From an uncultured delta proteobacterium (GTDB lineage Bacteria; Desulfobacterota; Zymogenia; Zymogenales; Zymogenaceae), in NCBI GenBank assembly GCA_963735595.1, contig CAVTLK010000005.1, forward strand, positions 800,001 through 864,000: a DNA stretch of 64,000 nucleotides, written 5' to 3'. This document shows, piece by piece, positions 31,225 to 41,929 of this stretch; positions within the stretch are counted from its first letter, which is position 1; each line of letters opens with the position of its first letter. The notes under the pieces are model-generated. The model had not been told where the DNA came from and ran no database searches. It was given only the letters and a program-made list of their open reading frames with translations. The position numbers and the translations under genes were made by a program.

Positions 31225-31941
31225 CTACAGCTTATCGGGGTCGGAGACCGTATCCTCGCGCCCGAGGGTCAGCAGGTGCCCGTTATCGGCAAGCCACTTG
31301 CGCGCCTTCTGGTAGCCGGGGTACATCTCCGACACCCGGTCCCAGAACCGCCGGGAATGATTCTGCTCCACAAGGTGGGCCAGCTCGTGAGCGACGACGT
31401 AGTCGATGATCGTAACGGGGGCCATTGCCAGGCGCCAGGAAAAGCTGAGGGTGCCCTGGGAGGACGCCGAGCCCCAGCGGCTCGCGGCCCATGATATATT
31501 GATCTTTGTGTAGGAGATGGAGTAGAGCCGGGCGAAGTATTCGACCCGCGGCGGGATGATTTCGGCGGCCTTTTTGCGGTACCAGACGAAGAAGAGGCGG
31601 CGCGCCTGCCCCTGGTATCGTTTCTTGAGGGTGAACTTGGTCCCCGAAAATGAAAGGTGGGGCATTGCGTTTTCGACGATGAACAGCGGGTACTCCTTGC
31701 CGAGGAGCGGGAAGGCCTCCCCGTTTATGAATTTCCGATCGGGAATCGATTCGAGACGCTCCCGCATGATCCGCTGCTTTTCGGCGATCCACCCCTGCTT
31801 TTCCGATACTATCTTCTCGATGGCCTCGATCGGGGTCTTCTTCGGCGCGCGGACAATGAGGGAGGCGTCGCGGCCGATCTCTATGCCGACGCTCCTGCGG
31901 CTGGAACGAATAATTGTGTCGATCTTGATGACGTTGCTCAT
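31225..31941 (-). CDS. M48/YgjP-like metallopeptidase (DUF45)
   Basis: RWGS, IDYVVAHELAH, NHSRRFW. Confidence 0.88.
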   Translation of the reverse strand: MSNVIKIDTIIRSSRRSVGIEIGRDASLIVRAPKKTPIEAIEKIVSEKQGWIAEKQRIMRERLESIPDRKFINGEAFPLLGKEYPLFIVENAMPHLSFSGTKFTLKKRYQGQARRLFFVWYRKKAAEIIPPRVEYFARLYSISYTKINISWAASRWGSASSQGTLSFSWRLAMAPVTIIDYVVAHELAHLVEQNHSRRFWDRVSEMYPGYQKARKWLADNGHLLTLGREDTVSDPDKL

Positions 31942-32759
31942 ACTCTCTCCATGGGTTTTCGTGCCTTGATGCGGTTCCAATAAAAGAGCGCCACGCCGTT
32001 TGGGCGCTCGATGCGGTTTTTCATTTCGGTAAGGACGGTGTCGATTTCCGGCTGTCCGATCATCAGCCGGCCGGCGAGTTTGTCGCCCGCCCCAAGCAGG
32101 ATATCATGCGCATTTGAGAGCCACGCGCGGTATCCGTCCGGCTCGTCCTCGGTATAGATCTCCGGCTCGAAGGACAATCTAATGTCGGTAGCGCCGGCTT
32201 TCTTGAATATGTCGAAGAGCTTCCTGCCGATAAAGGGGTCGCCGGAAAGCTCGACCTGGAGGCGACAGAACTGCTCCATGAGCAGGTCCATCCCGTCAAC
32301 CGCCGGCCAGTAGAGGACGTTATGGAGGTCATTCTCCTGACAGGCGAGCACGCCGCCCGGTTTCGTGATCCTCAGCATCTGACGGGCGGCTTCCACGGGA
32401 TCGGAGACGTGCTCAAGGAGGTAGCGGCAGCAGGTAAGGTCAAAGGTCGAGTCGGGGAGGTCGTTTTTCGTCGCGTCGTTCAGTATGAGCGTGATGTTTC
32501 CATTGTCCCCGAGCGTCTCCTCCGCGCGCCGGAGCTGGTCGGCCGATATCTCGATTCCGGTGATCTTCGCACTGGGATATGCGGCGGCGATATCGGCGAT
32601 CAGGGCGCCGGTTCCGCAGCCGAAATCGCAGACGTGTTTTCCCGAGAGGTCGCCCAGGAAGCGGATGAACGAGCCGTTTGTGATGGCCGAAAGGAGCGAG
32701 AGCCGCTGCTGTTCTTTCTCGGACGTCCCGTGGATGTAGTTCTTTGTCGAGCCGCTCAA
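31938..32759 (-). CDS. Class I SAM-dependent methyltransferase
   Basis: YIHG...EQQRL, DFGCGTG, LLEHV, KPGG. Confidence 0.88.
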   Translation of the reverse strand: MSGSTKNYIHGTSEKEQQRLSLLSAITNGSFIRFLGDLSGKHVCDFGCGTGALIADIAAAYPSAKITGIEISADQLRRAEETLGDNGNITLILNDATKNDLPDSTFDLTCCRYLLEHVSDPVEAARQMLRITKPGGVLACQENDLHNVLYWPAVDGMDLLMEQFCRLQVELSGDPFIGRKLFDIFKKAGATDIRLSFEPEIYTEDEPDGYRAWLSNAHDILLGAGDKLAGRLMIGQPEIDTVLTEMKNRIERPNGVALFYWNRIKARKPMERV

Positions 32760-33171
32760 AGTGACGCCCCATATGCGGGAAGTGAAACCGATATTGGATA
32801 ATCAGGCACGCAGCTTATGTATACTAAATTTATATCATATATTTTTGAGAGTTCAATAGCAAAAATAGTCTAATGGAAATTATTTGCTTCATTAATTTCA
32901 ATAAATACTCCGTTATTGTCACAAATGTACAATACTATTAATTTTCACCGTCACCCCTTTTCTGTTTTGACAACTCACGAATTGAATCGATCCGTACCGG
33001 CGGTGCCGGCCGTAAGGCGATCAGGCCGGCCCATGGGACGCCTTAACGGTATTGCCAGGGGAGATCGGGAGAACCGCTATCTAGATTGATATCTATCGGG
33101 CAACGCAGGACGCCGTTAGTACCGCGGAAGCGGAGGTGGGCCGGTACGTAATGGGGAGCGGCTGGGCGGCG

Positions 33172-34047
33172 CTATATCTCCATCCCGAAGAGCGCCTTGA
33201 CGGCCCAGCCGATGAAAAACGACAATGCCGCGACGCCAAATATAATAGATGCCATCTCGGCGAACCGGCGCAAAAACGGTACGTCGCTTGCCACCGAAAC
33301 GTAGAAAGTGAAAGAGAGGATGATCGCCATCGCGACGCTCATGGTCAGGGCGAGGGCGGCGCCGGGGCTGCCGAGCAGAAGGTAGGGAAGTATGAGGAGG
33401 ATGACCGTAAGGATGTATATCGTGCCCGTGTAGAAAGCCGCCTTGACGGGGCTTTTCGTATCTCCCTCGGAGCGGGTCGACTGGTATTCGGAGGCGGCCA
33501 TCGAGAGGGCCGCGGCAATCCCCGTAATGAGGCCGACAGCCGCGATGACCCTCGTTTCTCTGATCGCCAGCGTGAACCCCGCAAGCGCGCCGGTCAGCTC
33601 AACGAGGGCGTCGGAAAGCCCCAGGACGATCGAGCCGACGTAGCGCAGCCGCTGTTCGTCTATGAGCCCAATAAGCTCGCGTTCGTGCTCGTTTTCGTCT
33701 ACGACAACCTGTGCCACGCCCGGCACAGCGGGTGCGAGCGCTTCGTATACGATTTGTGCGTTGGCCTCGCCGCGTTCCATGAGCTTAAGCGCGAAGGTAA
33801 TGCCGAGGATACGCGCCGAACCGTAATAGAGGAGAATTTTAAGACGGCTCGGGCTCACGTCCCGCCCGGTGAGTTTTCGCCATAACTCATAGTGCCGCTT
33901 CTCGTCGGCGGCGATGCGCAAGAGGATGTCGCGGTTATGCGGATCGGCAATAGCGCGGGCCAATCGCTCATAGACGATATGTTCGGTGGCCTCGCCCCGC
34001 TGCATCGCAACGATTCGCCGCATGATCTCAGGGGACAGCGCTTTCAT
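33172..34047 (-). CDS. VIT1/CCC1 family transporter with N-terminal rubrerythrin/ferritin-like domain
   Basis: E..E, DEKRH and DENEH diiron motifs; VLGLSDALVE and SMAASEY VIT1 motifs. Confidence 0.88.
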   Translation of the reverse strand: MKALSPEIMRRIVAMQRGEATEHIVYERLARAIADPHNRDILLRIAADEKRHYELWRKLTGRDVSPSRLKILLYYGSARILGITFALKLMERGEANAQIVYEALAPAVPGVAQVVVDENEHERELIGLIDEQRLRYVGSIVLGLSDALVELTGALAGFTLAIRETRVIAAVGLITGIAAALSMAASEYQSTRSEGDTKSPVKAAFYTGTIYILTVILLILPYLLLGSPGAALALTMSVAMAIILSFTFYVSVASDVPFLRRFAEMASIIFGVAALSFFIGWAVKALFGMEI

Positions 34048-34106
34048 TCGTTTGTCTCTCCTCGTGGTAAGCAGACGCTCGAAGGTTAGGGCGCGATATT
34101 TGCCGC

Positions 34107-34622
34107 CTACGTGCCGTCGTAAATATACTGCATGATGGTGACATCAAGCAGGAGCCCGAATTTCCTACCGACCTCCCGCATGACCCCGACCGTGGTAAAG
34201 CCGAACGAGACATGCAGGGCGATACTGACGTCGTTTCCCCCGGCGATTCGGGAAATTACCGTATGCAGGCCGGCGCGGCGGCCCCGGTCGATGATCGCCG
34301 AAAAGAGGCCCCGGCCGATCCCGCGATTCCGACACGATTCCCTGACATACAGGGAGACCTCGGCGGTGCCGTCGTAGGCGGGCCGGTCGGAATAGGCGGA
34401 CAACGCCGCCCAACCGGCGACGGCTCCATCAGATTCCGCGACGATGATCGGGTGACGGGCGTCGTGGGCCGAAAACCAGACGGAATATTCCCGGGTCGTC
34501 TTGGGCGTGATATCGAAGGTGGCCGTTGACGAGATAACCGATTCGTTGTAGATATCGAGGATCGCCGGGACGTCGGAGAGATCGGCGTCTCGTATCGTGA
34601 TGTGCGGGGTTTGGACGGGCAT
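34107..34622 (-). CDS. GNAT N-acetyltransferase (phosphinothricin/MnaT-like)
   Basis: IYN...TATF, EVSLYV, RNRGIG, SIALH, EVGRKFG. Confidence 0.88.
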   Translation of the reverse strand: MPVQTPHITIRDADLSDVPAILDIYNESVISSTATFDITPKTTREYSVWFSAHDARHPIIVAESDGAVAGWAALSAYSDRPAYDGTAEVSLYVRESCRNRGIGRGLFSAIIDRGRRAGLHTVISRIAGGNDVSIALHVSFGFTTVGVMREVGRKFGLLLDVTIMQYIYDGT

Positions 34623-34667
34623 AGAGAGACCCTCACGGTGGACTACATACTATATCAGTGAATCGTT

Positions 34668-35777
34668 CTAACTGTTACGGGGGTTTTCCGGAGCACGTCC
34701 ATTTCGTGACTGTCCCTTTTGTTCGTACATCAGTTTATCCGCGGAATGTATCAGCTCACGGGCGGTTATGCTACCTGTGAGCGGGGCGATGCCGAAGCTG
34801 ATCGACACGCCGTCCAATTCGCGTACCGTTCGTTGTCCGATACGCTCAATGATCTCCAACGCCGTGTCCTTATCCGCGTAGGGGAGGATCACCGCAAATT
34901 CGTCGCCCCCGAAGCGATAGGCGCTGTCCACGTCCTTTCTGATGGAGCTTCGGATGATCTCACCGATTCCCCTGAGGATCTCGTTGCCTTTAAGGTGACC
35001 GTAGGTGTCATTATAGACCTTGAAGTTGTCCACGTCCATGATAACCAGGCACAGGGGGTATCTCATTCGATCCGCGCGGTCTACCTCCTGCTCGATCTTC
35101 TCGATGAACTGCCGCTGGTTGAAGAGGCCCGTGAGGTCGTCGGTTATCGACAACCGAGTGAGCTCCTGTTCCATTTGCTTGTTTTCGGTTATCTCCCTGC
35201 CAAAAACCGCGCACTGGATCACCCGTCCGTCAGCATCGGTTACCGGAAAGATATTAACATCGAACCATCGTCCGTCCTGCTGTTCTTCGACGCGGAGCGG
35301 CCGTTTCGTTTTAACGACCGTCCGTTGCCGTTTCCTCCTCCGTAAGGCCAGATCGGGAGGCAACAGGTCATATATGTTTTTTCCGACGATATCGGATGCG
35401 TGCGCTCCGAAGTCCCCGGCAGCCTTGTCGTTGAGGGCCTGGATCGTCCCGTCAAGTAACAGGAGAACGGCCGCCTCGGCCGTTGCGTTAAGCAGCGACT
35501 GCTGGGTATGCTCGCTTATTCGGCAGAGCCCCTCAAGCCTTCTGTACCGCGCGACCGTGACGTGCGCGTACGCCGAGAACGCCAGTATCAGACCGACGAC
35601 GGCGATTCGCATCCAGAGCTCACCGTTCGCGGGAAACAGGGCATCATGGAAGAACGGGCTGGAATGAAATAAGTACGAATCGATAAACGATTCAAGGAGC
35701 CAATAGGCAAACGCAACCAGTATTCCCAGAGGGATGATTCTGTTTCTTACCGGCTGCTGCACTGGTGATTGAGTCAT
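34668..35777 (-). CDS. Membrane-anchored PAS-GGDEF diguanylate cyclase
   Basis: 2 TM segments, PAS, DDLTGLFN, DVDNFK, RFGGDEF. Confidence 0.92.
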   Translation of the reverse strand: MTQSPVQQPVRNRIIPLGILVAFAYWLLESFIDSYLFHSSPFFHDALFPANGELWMRIAVVGLILAFSAYAHVTVARYRRLEGLCRISEHTQQSLLNATAEAAVLLLLDGTIQALNDKAAGDFGAHASDIVGKNIYDLLPPDLALRRRKRQRTVVKTKRPLRVEEQQDGRWFDVNIFPVTDADGRVIQCAVFGREITENKQMEQELTRLSITDDLTGLFNQRQFIEKIEQEVDRADRMRYPLCLVIMDVDNFKVYNDTYGHLKGNEILRGIGEIIRSSIRKDVDSAYRFGGDEFAVILPYADKDTALEIIERIGQRTVRELDGVSISFGIAPLTGSITARELIHSADKLMYEQKGQSRNGRAPENPRNS

Positions 35778-35980
35778 GGCCCTTCTCCCGGTCTGTCACG
35801 GAATCATCTGGGAATTATTACTCTTATATTATCACAACATACTCCAGGATTCAAGGTCCACGATTGTGGGGTAGTGGGCCTTATACGCCGTATACGATTA
35901 CCGGTTGCGTTACGCGGGAAATTCGGATAAGGTAGACCGGTACGAAGATACAATTTCCCTACCGTAAAGGAGTGGAAACG

Positions 35981-36851
35981 ATGAAAAAGGCATTGATCAT
36001 TTCGCTGGTTGTTATTATCGGTCTTATCGGGCTTTCGGTCGGCGTTTACAAATACGTGTTCGGGCTTGCCCAGGCAAAGCCGGACAACGATCCCTGTGCG
36101 TTCGTCACGGAGGTAAAGCCGGGCTTCTCGGGCAGCGTGCTGGTTTGCGTTGGAGACAGCATCACCCACGGGAGGGTGAGCAGCAACTACGTTGACATGC
36201 TGTCCGACGACCTCGGAAAGAAGGATTTTTATGTCGTGAACGCCGGGATCAACAGTGAGCTTGCCTATAACGTCCTGATGCGCGTTGAGCCGATTATCGC
36301 GTGCAATCCGGACTATGTGACCGTCTTCATCGGCACCAACGACGCCCACGGGGCATTGACCACCGAGCAGGGAGAAAAAGAGGTCAAGGAGATGAAGCTC
36401 CCGCAGATACCGACGGAAGAGTGGTACCGGGAAAACCTGACCCAGCTCGTCAGGAAGCTCAAGGAGTCCACGCATGCCAGAATTGCGCTCCTGTCGATCC
36501 CCCCGATCGGAGAGAACCCGGCGGACCCCGCCTTTTTATTGTCCGATCATTACGGCGCGATCATCAGGGACGTGGCAAAAATCGAGCAGGTCTCCTACCT
36601 GGGGCTCTTTGAAGCGATGACGGCCTACCTCGCGGAACATCCCAATGCGGCCGCCGCTGTATACCCGGGGCGATTTCGAACGGGCCATGTATACCGGGAT
36701 CGCGCGGCACTTTCTTCTGGGCGCTTCGTTTGGGGACATCTCACGAAAGAACGGCTTTCTGCTGGAGACCGACTACCTCCATCTCAACGAGACGGGCGCC
36801 CGCATGGTCGCGGACCTTATCGAGGGGTTCGTTCTGAAGGGCTCGCAGTAG
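35981..36851 (+). CDS. SGNH/GDSL hydrolase (frameshift near 36645)
   Basis: GDSITHG, NAGI, IGTND; DYLH in the downstream frame. Confidence 0.88.
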
Positions 36852-36968
36852 ACGACGGCCGACGACATACATGTACGTTCGTGGCTGACCGGCGGCGTTT
36901 TTAGCACCCTTGGCCGACGGGTTCGGCAGGGGTTCGGGTGGACGAAGCTACCCCGTTTTCCTGCCGGA

Positions 36969-37805
36969 TTATAGGAACGTGACGTCCGGCTCGTTGCGGG
37001 TGGGCAGCTTCACGAATCGGTACGCCGGCCACCCGAGGGCGACGCAGCCGTAGATCTTGTTACCGGCGGGAAGGCCGAGGGCCTCTCCGATTGCTGGCGT
37101 ATATTCGGCCGCCGACACGAAATAGCGGTTGATGCAGCTGCCCAGGCCCATGCTGTGGGCCGTCAGCACCACGTGAAGCGCGGCGTAGAGGCAGTTGTCG
37201 ATGGAAGAGGGGTTTTCGGACGGGGCGTGGGTGAGGCAGACGACCGGCGCACCGCGGAAGATCCGGTCCTTGCCCGCCTTGAAGAACTCGTAGTTGAGCC
37301 TGAAGCTGTGCACCATCTCCCTGACGGTGGGGGGGAAGCCCGTCGGGGGATTTCTCGACCATCGCGGCCAGGTTCCCGTAGAACTCGGCGGCAAGCCGCG
37401 AGAGATTCCTGATCGTCTCCTTATCGCGGACGACGATAAACGAGACGTTCTGGGCGTTGTGGCCGGTGGGGGCATACCGGGCCGTGTCGATGAGCTTTTC
37501 CAGCGTTTCTTTGGGTACGTCTTTGTCCTGCCAGGAGCGGCAGCTGCGCCGGGAACGCAGAAACGATAAGGACCTCCGGGGCTACGCCCGTCTCGGGGGC
37601 GGGGGTAAAGTGGGCCGAGGTCGAGCCCCGAATGAATGACGGCGTCCTCGGGGCAGACCGCACCGCAGTGGCCGCAGCCGATACAGTATTCCTGATCCCG
37701 CGTCTCAACGGAGCCGTTTTCCATAAAAAAGATATGGGCGGGACAGGTATCGACGCACGCCTCACACAGGATGCAGAGCTTCTCGTCGACGGATATCGTA
37801 TTCAT
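36969..37805 (-). CDS. Nitroreductase with N-terminal 2x[4Fe-4S] ferredoxin domain (frameshifted)
   Basis: CILCEACVDTCP and CIGCGHCGAVCP; RRSCR and APTGHN in an alternate frame; GLGSC. Confidence 0.85.
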   Translation of the reverse strand: MNTISVDEKLCILCEACVDTCPAHIFFMENGSVETRDQEYCIGCGHCGAVCPEDAVIHSGLDLGPLYPRPRDGRSPGGPYRFCVPGAAAAPGRTKTYPKKRWKSSSTRPGMPPPATTPRTSRLSSSAIRRRSGISRGLPPSSTGTWPRWSRNPPTGFPPTVREMVHSFRLNYEFFKAGKDRIFRGAPVVCLTHAPSENPSSIDNCLYAALHVVLTAHSMGLGSCINRYFVSAAEYTPAIGEALGLPAGNKIYGCVALGWPAYRFVKLPTRNEPDVTFL

Positions 37806-37865
37806 GGTCACTCCTCGTGCGTTCGGTTGAAACGGCGGCCCGATAATCGCCGTTCTTTTGTCTCG

Positions 37866-38282
37866 TCACTCCCCAATGATCTTCACGAGCGCCCGCTTCT
37901 TCCTTCTCCCGTCGAACTCTCCGTAGAAGATCTGCTCCCAGGGGCCGAAATCGAGCCTTCCCCCGGTCACCGCCACGACGACCTCCCGCCCCATGACCTG
38001 GCGCTTGAGGTGGGCGTCGGCGTTGTCCTCCCCGACGTTGTGCCGGTATCGCGAGACCGGCTCGTGGGGCGCGAGGCCTTCGAGCCATTTCTCGAAATCG
38101 TGATGGAGGCCCCCCTCGTCGTCGTTGATGAAGACCGACGCGGTGATATGCATGGCGTTAACCAGCACCAGGCCTTCCCGAATCCCGCTCTCGGCCAGCG
38201 CCTGCTGGACCTGGTCGGTGATATTGATAAAGGCGCGCCGGGAGGGCACCTCAAACCAGAGCTCTTTGCGGTAACTCTTCAT
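37866..38282 (-). CDS. yjbQ: YjbQ / UPF0047 secondary thiamine-phosphate synthase family
   Basis: [33 protein letters not shown]. Confidence 0.9.
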   Translation of the reverse strand: MKSYRKELWFEVPSRRAFINITDQVQQALAESGIREGLVLVNAMHITASVFINDDEGGLHHDFEKWLEGLAPHEPVSRYRHNVGEDNADAHLKRQVMGREVVVAVTGGRLDFGPWEQIFYGEFDGRRKKRALVKIIGE

Positions 38283-38343
38283 ACGGTATCCGAAATATCC
38301 CGCTGGATGAGGACAGGCTATTCTCGAGGCCGCCTGAGTTTGC

Positions 38344-39075
38344 TCAGATGCCCGACAGGTGAAAAAGGATACCGAGGTACTGGCAGATGCTGCCGCCGAG
38401 GACGAACAGGTGCCAGATCGGATGATGATACGGCATCCGCTTGGCTGCGTAAAAGATTACGCCGAGGGTATAGGAGAGCCCCCCGATGACCAGCCACATG
38501 ATCATGCCGTGATCGACCAGGGTAAAGAGGGGTTTTAGCGCAATGACCACGAGCCACCCCATGGCGATATAAAGAGCGACCGAGAAGCCCTTGAATCTCC
38601 CGACAAACCATACCTTGAGCACGATGCCGAGGATGGCCAGCCCCCAGATGAGGCCGAACAGCGTCCAGCCCCAGGGGCCCCTCAGCACCGTGAGGGTGAG
38701 CGGGGTATAGGTGCCGGCGATCAACAGGTAGATCGAGCAGTGGTCCAGGAGCTGGAAGAGCTTTTTTACCTGCGGGTTGGTGAAGCTGTGGTAGAGGGTC
38801 GAGATGAGGTAGAGTATGACGAGGGTGGCGCCGTATATGGAAAAGCTGACAACCCGCCAGGCATCGCCGTAGAGCGCCGCGGAGACTACGAGAACCACCA
38901 TGCCCGCGACCGCCAGCGCCGCCCCGATTCCGTGGGTTATCCCGTTGGCAATCTCCTCGCCGATGCTTTGATCCTGATACGACGGGCGATTCCGGTGATA
39001 AGGCGAGGTATCGGCCGCCCTTGCCGTTAAGGCCGTTAAGGCCATAAGGGTATTCTCTTCGGATTCCATTGACAT
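38344..39075 (-). CDS. Hemolysin III / PAQR family membrane protein
   Basis: [38 protein letters not shown]. Confidence 0.92.
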   Translation of the reverse strand: MSMESEENTLMALTALTARAADTSPYHRNRPSYQDQSIGEEIANGITHGIGAALAVAGMVVLVVSAALYGDAWRVVSFSIYGATLVILYLISTLYHSFTNPQVKKLFQLLDHCSIYLLIAGTYTPLTLTVLRGPWGWTLFGLIWGLAILGIVLKVWFVGRFKGFSVALYIAMGWLVVIALKPLFTLVDHGMIMWLVIGGLSYTLGVIFYAAKRMPYHHPIWHLFVLGGSICQYLGILFHLSGI

Positions 39076-39183
39076 CCAGTTTCCCTTCTATCTTGAAACA
39101 ATTAAACTATATAAAAAAATATCACCATTTTTCGATTTTGTAAAGACCTTTATTGCCGGGGCGCGTCCGGGGATCGATTCGGC

Positions 39184-40041
39184 CTATACCACCGGCGGGG
39201 GCACCTTGTCCCGCACCATGTAGACGGAGCGAACCGTGACGGCCAGAAGGACGATGATCCCCCCGGCTACCGCCCACGGGCCGGGCCGTTCGCCGATCAA
39301 TAGAAATACCCACAGCGGGTTGAGGATCGGCTCGATGATCGGGATCAGGATCGAGTCAAGGGCCGTGACGTGCCGTATCGCCTTCGCGTAGAGGACGTAG
39401 GGCAGGCCGAGCTGCAGAGCGCCCAGTATAAGAAGCCACGAAAGGTCCCGCACGTCCGGTACGTCCAGGCAGAGAAAAGGGATCCCGATGACGGCCACGA
39501 TGGCGTTTCCCAGAAGGATCGATTCAAGGTTCGACGTGTCTTTCTGCTTTCTCAGGAAGATCGCCAGGAACGCGAAGGTAAGGCCGGTTATCATGCCGAA
39601 GACGTTGCCGAGCAGCTGCCCGGGCGCCAGGGAGTCAAGGAAGAAGAGGGCCATGCCGAACAGACAGGCGCCCATCATGAGCCAGTCGGCGGTCCGTGTC
39701 CGTTCTCCCAAAAACCACGATCCGAGAAGCGCGATATATACCGGGGCGGTATACTCCAGCAGGATCGCGTTGGCGGCGGTCGTCAGCTTGGTGGCAAAGA
39801 CGAAGCACGTAACGGTGGCGGCGTACGAGAGGGCGCCTCCGATCTGGGGGATCGACCAGGTAAAGCGCGGCCGTCCCAGAAACAACAGGACGACCAGGCA
39901 GGCCGCGCCGCTTCGCACGCCGGCAATGGCCATCGGGTGTATCGACACCGATTTGACCAGGAGGCCGCCCATGCTCCAGAACACGGCGGCCGTGATCAAC
40001 AAGAGAAGCGCCCTTTTGCGCTGGCGTGACGATGTGGTCAT
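39184..40041 (-). CDS. EamA/DMT family transporter
   Basis: ~10 TM segments; TTAANAILL, FLGER, EPILNPLW. Confidence 0.88.
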   Translation of the reverse strand: MTTSSRQRKRALLLLITAAVFWSMGGLLVKSVSIHPMAIAGVRSGAACLVVLLFLGRPRFTWSIPQIGGALSYAATVTCFVFATKLTTAANAILLEYTAPVYIALLGSWFLGERTRTADWLMMGACLFGMALFFLDSLAPGQLLGNVFGMITGLTFAFLAIFLRKQKDTSNLESILLGNAIVAVIGIPFLCLDVPDVRDLSWLLILGALQLGLPYVLYAKAIRHVTALDSILIPIIEPILNPLWVFLLIGERPGPWAVAGGIIVLLAVTVRSVYMVRDKVPPPVV

Positions 40042-40059
40042 GGCGGCAGCCGTCTCTCC

Positions 40060-40922
40060 CTAATCCGGCCGCGGGGACGGCCGCGCCGGTGCGCGCCATC
40101 AGGATGGAACGCGCGGTTACCGATATCAGCACGATCGCGCCGCCGACCAGCGCCCAGGGTCCGGGGCGCTCCCCCAGCAGCAAGAAGACCCAAATCGGGA
40201 TTCAGGAGTGGTTCGATGGTCGGTACGAGGATCGAGTCGAGCGCCGAGGCGTGCTTTACGGCGGCCGCGAACAGGATATAGGAAAGCCCCAGCTGTACCA
40301 CCCCAAGGGCAACGAGGGCAGCCCAGCCCGTGAGGTCGGGCGAGGAGCCGAACATGAACGGGATGCCGACAGCGGCGGCGATGATGATTGCCCAGGAGCG
40401 GCGTTTCGAGGGTGGATTGGTCTTTCTGCTTGCGCATGAACAGGATGAACCAGCCGAAGGCAAGCCCGGCCCCGATAGCCGCGATGTTGCCCGCCACACC
40501 CCCGGACCGTGAGAGCCTGTCCAGGAAGAAGAGGGCCATCCCGATAAGGACGGCGCCGATCATCAGCCAGTCCAACCGGGTCGTCTTTTCGCCGAGGAAC
40601 GATTTGCCGAAGATCGCCACCCAGATCGGCCCCGTGTACTGAAGCAGGATGGCGTTGGCGGCGGTCGTCAGCTTGGTCGCGGTAACAAAGAGGATGACCG
40701 TCGCCGCGTAGGCAAGGGCCCCCCCGATCTGGGCGGCCGACCAGACTAAACCGGGGACGGCGCATGTACGCGAGGATCAACACGGAGGCGATAACGCTGC
40801 GCATCCCGGCGATCGCCAGCGGATTCCAGTTGACCGACTTGATCAGAAGGCCGCCCGTGCTCCAGAGGATTGCCGTTGCAATCAGCAAGCAGGAGCGCCT
40901 TTTTTCGGTTTGCGTCGTCCAT
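40060..40922 (-). CDS. EamA/DMT family transporter, tandem paralogue (frameshifted)
   Basis: Same motifs as the neighbour (WSTGGLLIK, TTAANAILL, RKQKD, EPLLNP) across several frames. Confidence 0.8.
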
Positions 40923-41014
40923 GAGGGATTCGTCCGGCTCTTTAACGCCGTTTTGGGGCGCGGGGATTAGCGGGCACAAAAAAACACCCGGCCTGCCCGG
41001 GTGCGTTGGCGGTA

Positions 41015-41865
41015 TCATAGCACGTCGGTTTCGGAAATCAAGCGAAATTTATCGGTCCGGGTTCGGTCGGGAGCGCTCCAGGACCTCGGACGGCTCGGAC
41101 ATCGGCGGTAGATCAGTCCGTTACGCCCGCCGCCCGAGAGCGTTTTCTTATCGTACCCCCAGCCCTTGCACGACGGCACGTCGATCAGGATGAACCCCGT
41201 GTCGCCGACGGCGGTTAGCGTGACCGTCTCTTCGATATCTACCCGGGCCTGGTCGTTGTGCCTGAGGTGTTTCCCATTTACGTCCAGCGCCCCGGAGGAA
41301 AGGTAGAGAAAAAGCCTGCGGGAGTCGGTGGTCTTAAACTTAATGGTATGGTTATGATCGAAGTCGGCGCGGTAGACCGTGGCGTTCGTATGAAACGAGA
41401 CCACGCCGAGAGCCCCTGTCCGGACGCCACGGGCAGCAGCCGGTTCTTCCATGTTCCGGCGAAAAGCTTGTCTGGTCGTAGGAGGGTGAAAGCCCCGATT
41501 CATCGGGGATATATCCATATCTGGAAGAAATGTACCGGCTCGTGTTTCGAGATTGAATTCGCTGTGGGTGAGCCCGGTTCCTGCCGACATCCTCTGAACG
41601 TCACCCGCCTGATGACGGTCTTGTTGCCCATGCTGTCGGCATGGGTAACCGCGCCGGAAAGGACGATGGTGATGATCTCCATCTCCCGATGAGGATGGGT
41701 GGGAAAGCCCGTCCCCGGAGCAACGATATCGTCATTAAAGACCCGCAGCGCCCCGAACTGGATATTCTCGGGGTCAAAGTAGTCAGAAAACGAAAAAAGC
41801 CAGTAGGTCTTGAGCCATCCGAAATCGGAGAAGTGCCGCTGGTTTGAGTGGATGATCTTTATCAT
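41015..41865 (-). CDS. Pirin family protein (frameshifted; 3' end uncertain)
   Basis: FGALRVFNDD, GFPTHPHREME, HADSMG, HSEFN, QIWI. Confidence 0.88.
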
Positions 41866-41929
41866 CGATCGTTCCCCTTTTTCTCTGATACGCGCGCCGC
41901 CGGCTGCTCGGTCGGCCGTATCGCCGTTA

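Noticed and set aside
32760..33170. AT-rich intergenic patch as a foreign element or small gene
   Set aside because: No ORF, repeat or terminal structure; consistent with a promoter region
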